64,000 bases of DNA, taken from an uncultured Brachyspira sp. (lineage in GTDB: Bacteria; Spirochaetota; JAAYUW01). Below the pieces are notes generated by a model that did not search any database, was not told the DNA's origin, and saw nothing but the letters and a program-made list of their open reading frames with translations. Below, in pieces: positions 60,982 to 64,000 of this stretch. The stretch covers positions 15,903 through 79,902 of the forward strand of contig CAZOPR010000008.1 of the NCBI GenBank assembly GCA_964581895.1, written 5' to 3'. The position numbers were made by a program, and so were the translations under genes. Position 1 is the stretch's first letter. Each line of letters begins with the position of its first letter.

Positions 60982-62736
60982 ATGAGCAAAGGGAAAATTT
61001 TATTGCTGATTGGTTTTTTACTTATTTTTGTTGGCGGTCTTTTAGCCTATATTGTTCAGACAGATTTTGGAAATGTTAAGATAAGAGATTTGAGATTTAA
61101 TGGACCTAATGGTTCAGTTATGAGTGCTCTTCTTTACATTCCAAAGAATGCAACATCAAAAACTCCAGCTCCAGCTATATTGGTAGTTCACGGTTACATT
61201 AACTCAAGGGAAACCCAGGATGGTTTTGCAATAGAATATGCAAGAAGAGGATATGTAGTACTTGCTATCGATCAAACAGGGCATGGATTTTCAGATCCTC
61301 CAGCATTTGCAAATGGTTTTGGTGGACCTGATGCCCTTATGTATCTTAGAAGTCTTGATATCGTTGATAAAAACAATATTGGCATGGAAGGTCATTCAAT
61401 GGGTGGTTGGACAATATTGGCGGCAGCTGCAGTTTTTCCTGATTTCTATAAATCTATAGTTCTGGAAGGTTCATCAACTGGTGCACCGTTTGCTAAAGAA
61501 GGCGATACTTTGTGGCCAAAAAATTGTGCAGTTGTTTTTAGTACAATGGATGAATTTAGTATGCTTATGTGGGGAGTAAAAAAAGGAGTTGATGCACCAG
61601 ATAGTCCAAAACTTCAAGCACTTTTCGGTACTTCTGAAAGAATTGTAGAAGGTAAGATATATCAAGATATTAGTGCTGGTAATGCAAGGGTACTTTACCA
61701 GCCTAAGACAACACATCCACAGGATCATATATCTAAAAAAGCAATCGGATATTCTATTGACTGGTTTGCAAAAACATTGCAAGGTGGGAAAAATATCCCA
61801 AGTTCAAATCAAACCTGGATATTTAAAGAGCTTGGAACTTTATTGGCTTTAATTGGATGTATAATCTTCATTCTTGGTTTTTCACTTTTCTTGCTTTCAC
61901 TTTTTTCATTTCAAAATAAACAACAGGAAGCTGCTGAATCTAAAGTTAAGTTTAACTTTGTTTATATAATATCTGCTTTGGTAAGCATGACTGTTGCTGT
62001 TCTTACATATTTTTGGACATTTAAGATTGGAGCAAAAATTTTTAAAGCTTCATGGCTTTTCCCTCAAACAATTACAAGTCAGATAATGACATGGGCATTA
62101 TTCAATGGAATTGTTAATCTTATAATCTTTTTATTGATTCATTTTATATTCAATAAAAAATCTGGAATGAATTGCTATTCTTATGGATTTACCAACTCAG
62201 AAGGGAAAATACACTTTTTGACAATAATAAACGATTTTCTATTTGCTTTTTTTAGCATTGCATCAGGATATCTAATGCTTCTTTTAGCCGATTATTTTTT
62301 CAAGATTGACTTCAGGTTCTGGATTATCGCACTAAAGCCAATGTCTATAACTCATTTTGGTATATTTTTAAGATATTTGATTCCATTTTTTATCTTTTTC
62401 TTTATTTCTTCTTTTACATTAAATGGTGCCATGAGACTACCTACAAAGAAACATTGGGTACCCTATATAGTAAATATGGTAATAATGGCTGGTGCTTTTC
62501 TTATTTTCTTGTTGGCAGAATATATTCCACTTTTTACAAAAGGTAACCTATTAACAGCAACTGAGCCTTTAAATACAATTGTTGCAATCCAGTTCTTACC
62601 TCTTTTGATAATTGCATCAATCTTTTCCACCTGGTTTTTTAATAGAACTAAAAGAGTTTATGCCGGCGCTTTTGCCAATGCTTTGTTTATAACATGGTAT
62701 ATAGTTGCTTCTCAAGCCACACAATTCCCAATATAA
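60982..62736 (+). CDS. Membrane-anchored alpha/beta-fold hydrolase with a polytopic C-terminal domain
   Basis: N-terminal TM; VHGY, GHSMGG nucleophile elbow, candidate Asp (DEF) and His (THP); about 8 C-terminal TMs; AGGAG before ATG 60982. Confidence 0.88.
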   Translation: MSKGKILLLIGFLLIFVGGLLAYIVQTDFGNVKIRDLRFNGPNGSVMSALLYIPKNATSKTPAPAILVVHGYINSRETQDGFAIEYARRGYVVLAIDQTGHGFSDPPAFANGFGGPDALMYLRSLDIVDKNNIGMEGHSMGGWTILAAAAVFPDFYKSIVLEGSSTGAPFAKEGDTLWPKNCAVVFSTMDEFSMLMWGVKKGVDAPDSPKLQALFGTSERIVEGKIYQDISAGNARVLYQPKTTHPQDHISKKAIGYSIDWFAKTLQGGKNIPSSNQTWIFKELGTLLALIGCIIFILGFSLFLLSLFSFQNKQQEAAESKVKFNFVYIISALVSMTVAVLTYFWTFKIGAKIFKASWLFPQTITSQIMTWALFNGIVNLIIFLLIHFIFNKKSGMNCYSYGFTNSEGKIHFLTIINDFLFAFFSIASGYLMLLLADYFFKIDFRFWIIALKPMSITHFGIFLRYLIPFFIFFFISSFTLNGAMRLPTKKHWVPYIVNMVIMAGAFLIFLLAEYIPLFTKGNLLTATEPLNTIVAIQFLPLLIIASIFSTWFFNRTKRVYAGAFANALFITWYIVASQATQFPI

Positions 62737-62751
62737 AAAAGATAAATAAAA

Positions 62752-62780
62752 AAGGCTATCTCAAATTTTGGGATAGCCTT
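62752..62780 (+). terminator. Terminator-like hairpin
   Basis: AAGGCTATCTCAA-ATT-TTGGGATAGCCTT. Confidence 0.75.
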
Positions 62781-62942
62781 ACACTTACCTTTTTAAGATA
62801 GCTTTTCTAATTTATAAAATTATAAAATTGGTGCATACTAAATTTAAAAATTTATAGTATAATAAATTCAGTAAAAAATAAAAAATTACCCTGTGAAAAA
62901 ATTAGAAAAAGACAAAAAAATAAATAAAAAAATATAAAATAT

Positions 62943-64000
62943 ATGAAAAAAAAATATATTAGTATTTTAGTTTTAGTAGTTTTAATTATCTTAATAGCTT
63001 TGAGCATTGAACTTATTTTTTCAAAAAATTTTTACATAAACAAAAACAATAGATTTTTCTTTTCAAGTAAATTCAGTAGTTTACAAATTCGGCAATTTGT
63101 AAAACTTTATAGTTTTTATATAAATGACTTTTTTAATAACAATAATTTTACTTTTAGCAAAATAGAAGAGCAAAACCTTTATTTAATAATATGTAAGGAT
63201 AGCTTTAATGAATTTTCAAAAGATAATAAATTCTTAAAGGCTTTTATTTCTCAATTAGGTAAAGATAAAAAATATATTGAAAAAATTTTAAGTATTTCAA
63301 AGATTGAAAATATTGAATATAGGTATTGCTTTGGATTAAATACAATATTGTTGAGTAATAAAAGTTTTTCAAATGATAAAAAAAATAAGATTAATGATAA
63401 AGGTAATGGCATTAATAATAATGGGATTAATAATGATAAGATTAATGAGCAGGACGGTGAATCTATTATCAATCTGTATAAATTTTTGATTTTGACATAT
63501 CATCAGCATCTTATATATAACAATCTATCTATTGATTTAAAAACTTTATTCGATATAAAATCTGGAATAATTCCATTTAACAAAGATAAATATAATGATA
63601 TGTTGATAGAATATATTTATGCCAATTTTTTAATAGATTCTATAGAGTCTTTTTATCAATTTATTTTTTCAAATGAAAATCTTGTTGAAAATATGAATTT
63701 TAACTATTTAAAAAATTTTATTTCAAAAGATAAAACTTTTCAAAGCAAATATTTAATAATAACCGATGAATTGATAAGCAATTTTATTAATTCTTACGAT
63801 AAAGAAAAGATTTTATATAATAGTTTTGAAGATTTTTATGTCGATTTGATAACAGAAAATTTAGTATTAAATGAAGATTCGAAAATTTTGATCCAGAATA
63901 AATTTGTAGCAAAAATAATAAAGGAATATGGCTTTGATAAACTTAAAAAGTTTATTAATACTTTATACAATAATAAAATAGATAGCATAACTAAAATTTT
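62943..64000 (+). CDS. Hypothetical exported or membrane-anchored protein, truncated by the window end (not in the ORF track)
   Basis: Hand translation: MKKKYISILVLVVLIILIALS… open for 352 codons to base 64000. Confidence 0.75.
   Translation, partial: MKKKYISILVLVVLIILIALSIELIFSKNFYINKNNRFFFSSKFSSLQIRQFVKLYSFYINDFFNNNNFTFSKIEEQNLYLIICKDSFNEFSKDNKFLKAFISQLGKDKKYIEKILSISKIENIEYRYCFGLNTILLSNKSFSNDKKNKINDKGNGINNNGINNDKINEQDGESIINLYKFLILTYHQHLIYNNLSIDLKTLFDIKSGIIPFNKDKYNDMLIEYIYANFLIDSIESFYQFIFSNENLVENMNFNYLKNFISKDKTFQSKYLIITDELISNFINSYDKEKILYNSFEDFYVDLITENLVLNEDSKILIQNKFVAKIIKEYGFDKLKKFINTLYNNKIDSITKI

Overview
AT-rich bacterial chromosomal segment, most likely from a deep-branching spirochaete. 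This is inference from RpoB S531N, rpsT-HU/Hbb synteny, the rplU-prp-rpmA-obgE-nadD-LCP-rsfS order, a DUF1577-like PilZ protein and a BMP lipoprotein. About 31 kb (7.6-38.2 kb) is an intact translation/transcription supercluster: tRNA-Thr, rpmG, tRNA-Trp, secE-nusG, rplKAJL, rpoBC, rpsLG-fusA-tuf, and the S10, spc and alpha operons. The flanks hold housekeeping, chemotaxis and envelope genes. Best leads: (1) a three-gene DUF2089 / DUF4097 / SHOCT-like operon whose proteins all share one short helical motif; (2) an 81-nt three-way-junction RNA between rpsG and fusA; (3) an SDR/epimerase plus IPC-synthase-like PAP2 pair suggesting sphingolipid-type lipid chemistry; (4) a stop-free 56-codon hexamer repeat exactly in frame after the lspA stop; (5) a Prp protease beside an L27 that lacks the cleavable extension; (6) a decayed 686-bp IS256 element with both IRs, inside a broken nucleoside-ABC locus; (7) a perfect 53-bp palindrome at a promoter. 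No CRISPR array, rRNA or prophage was seen. All product calls come from motif recognition by eye; no searches were run.
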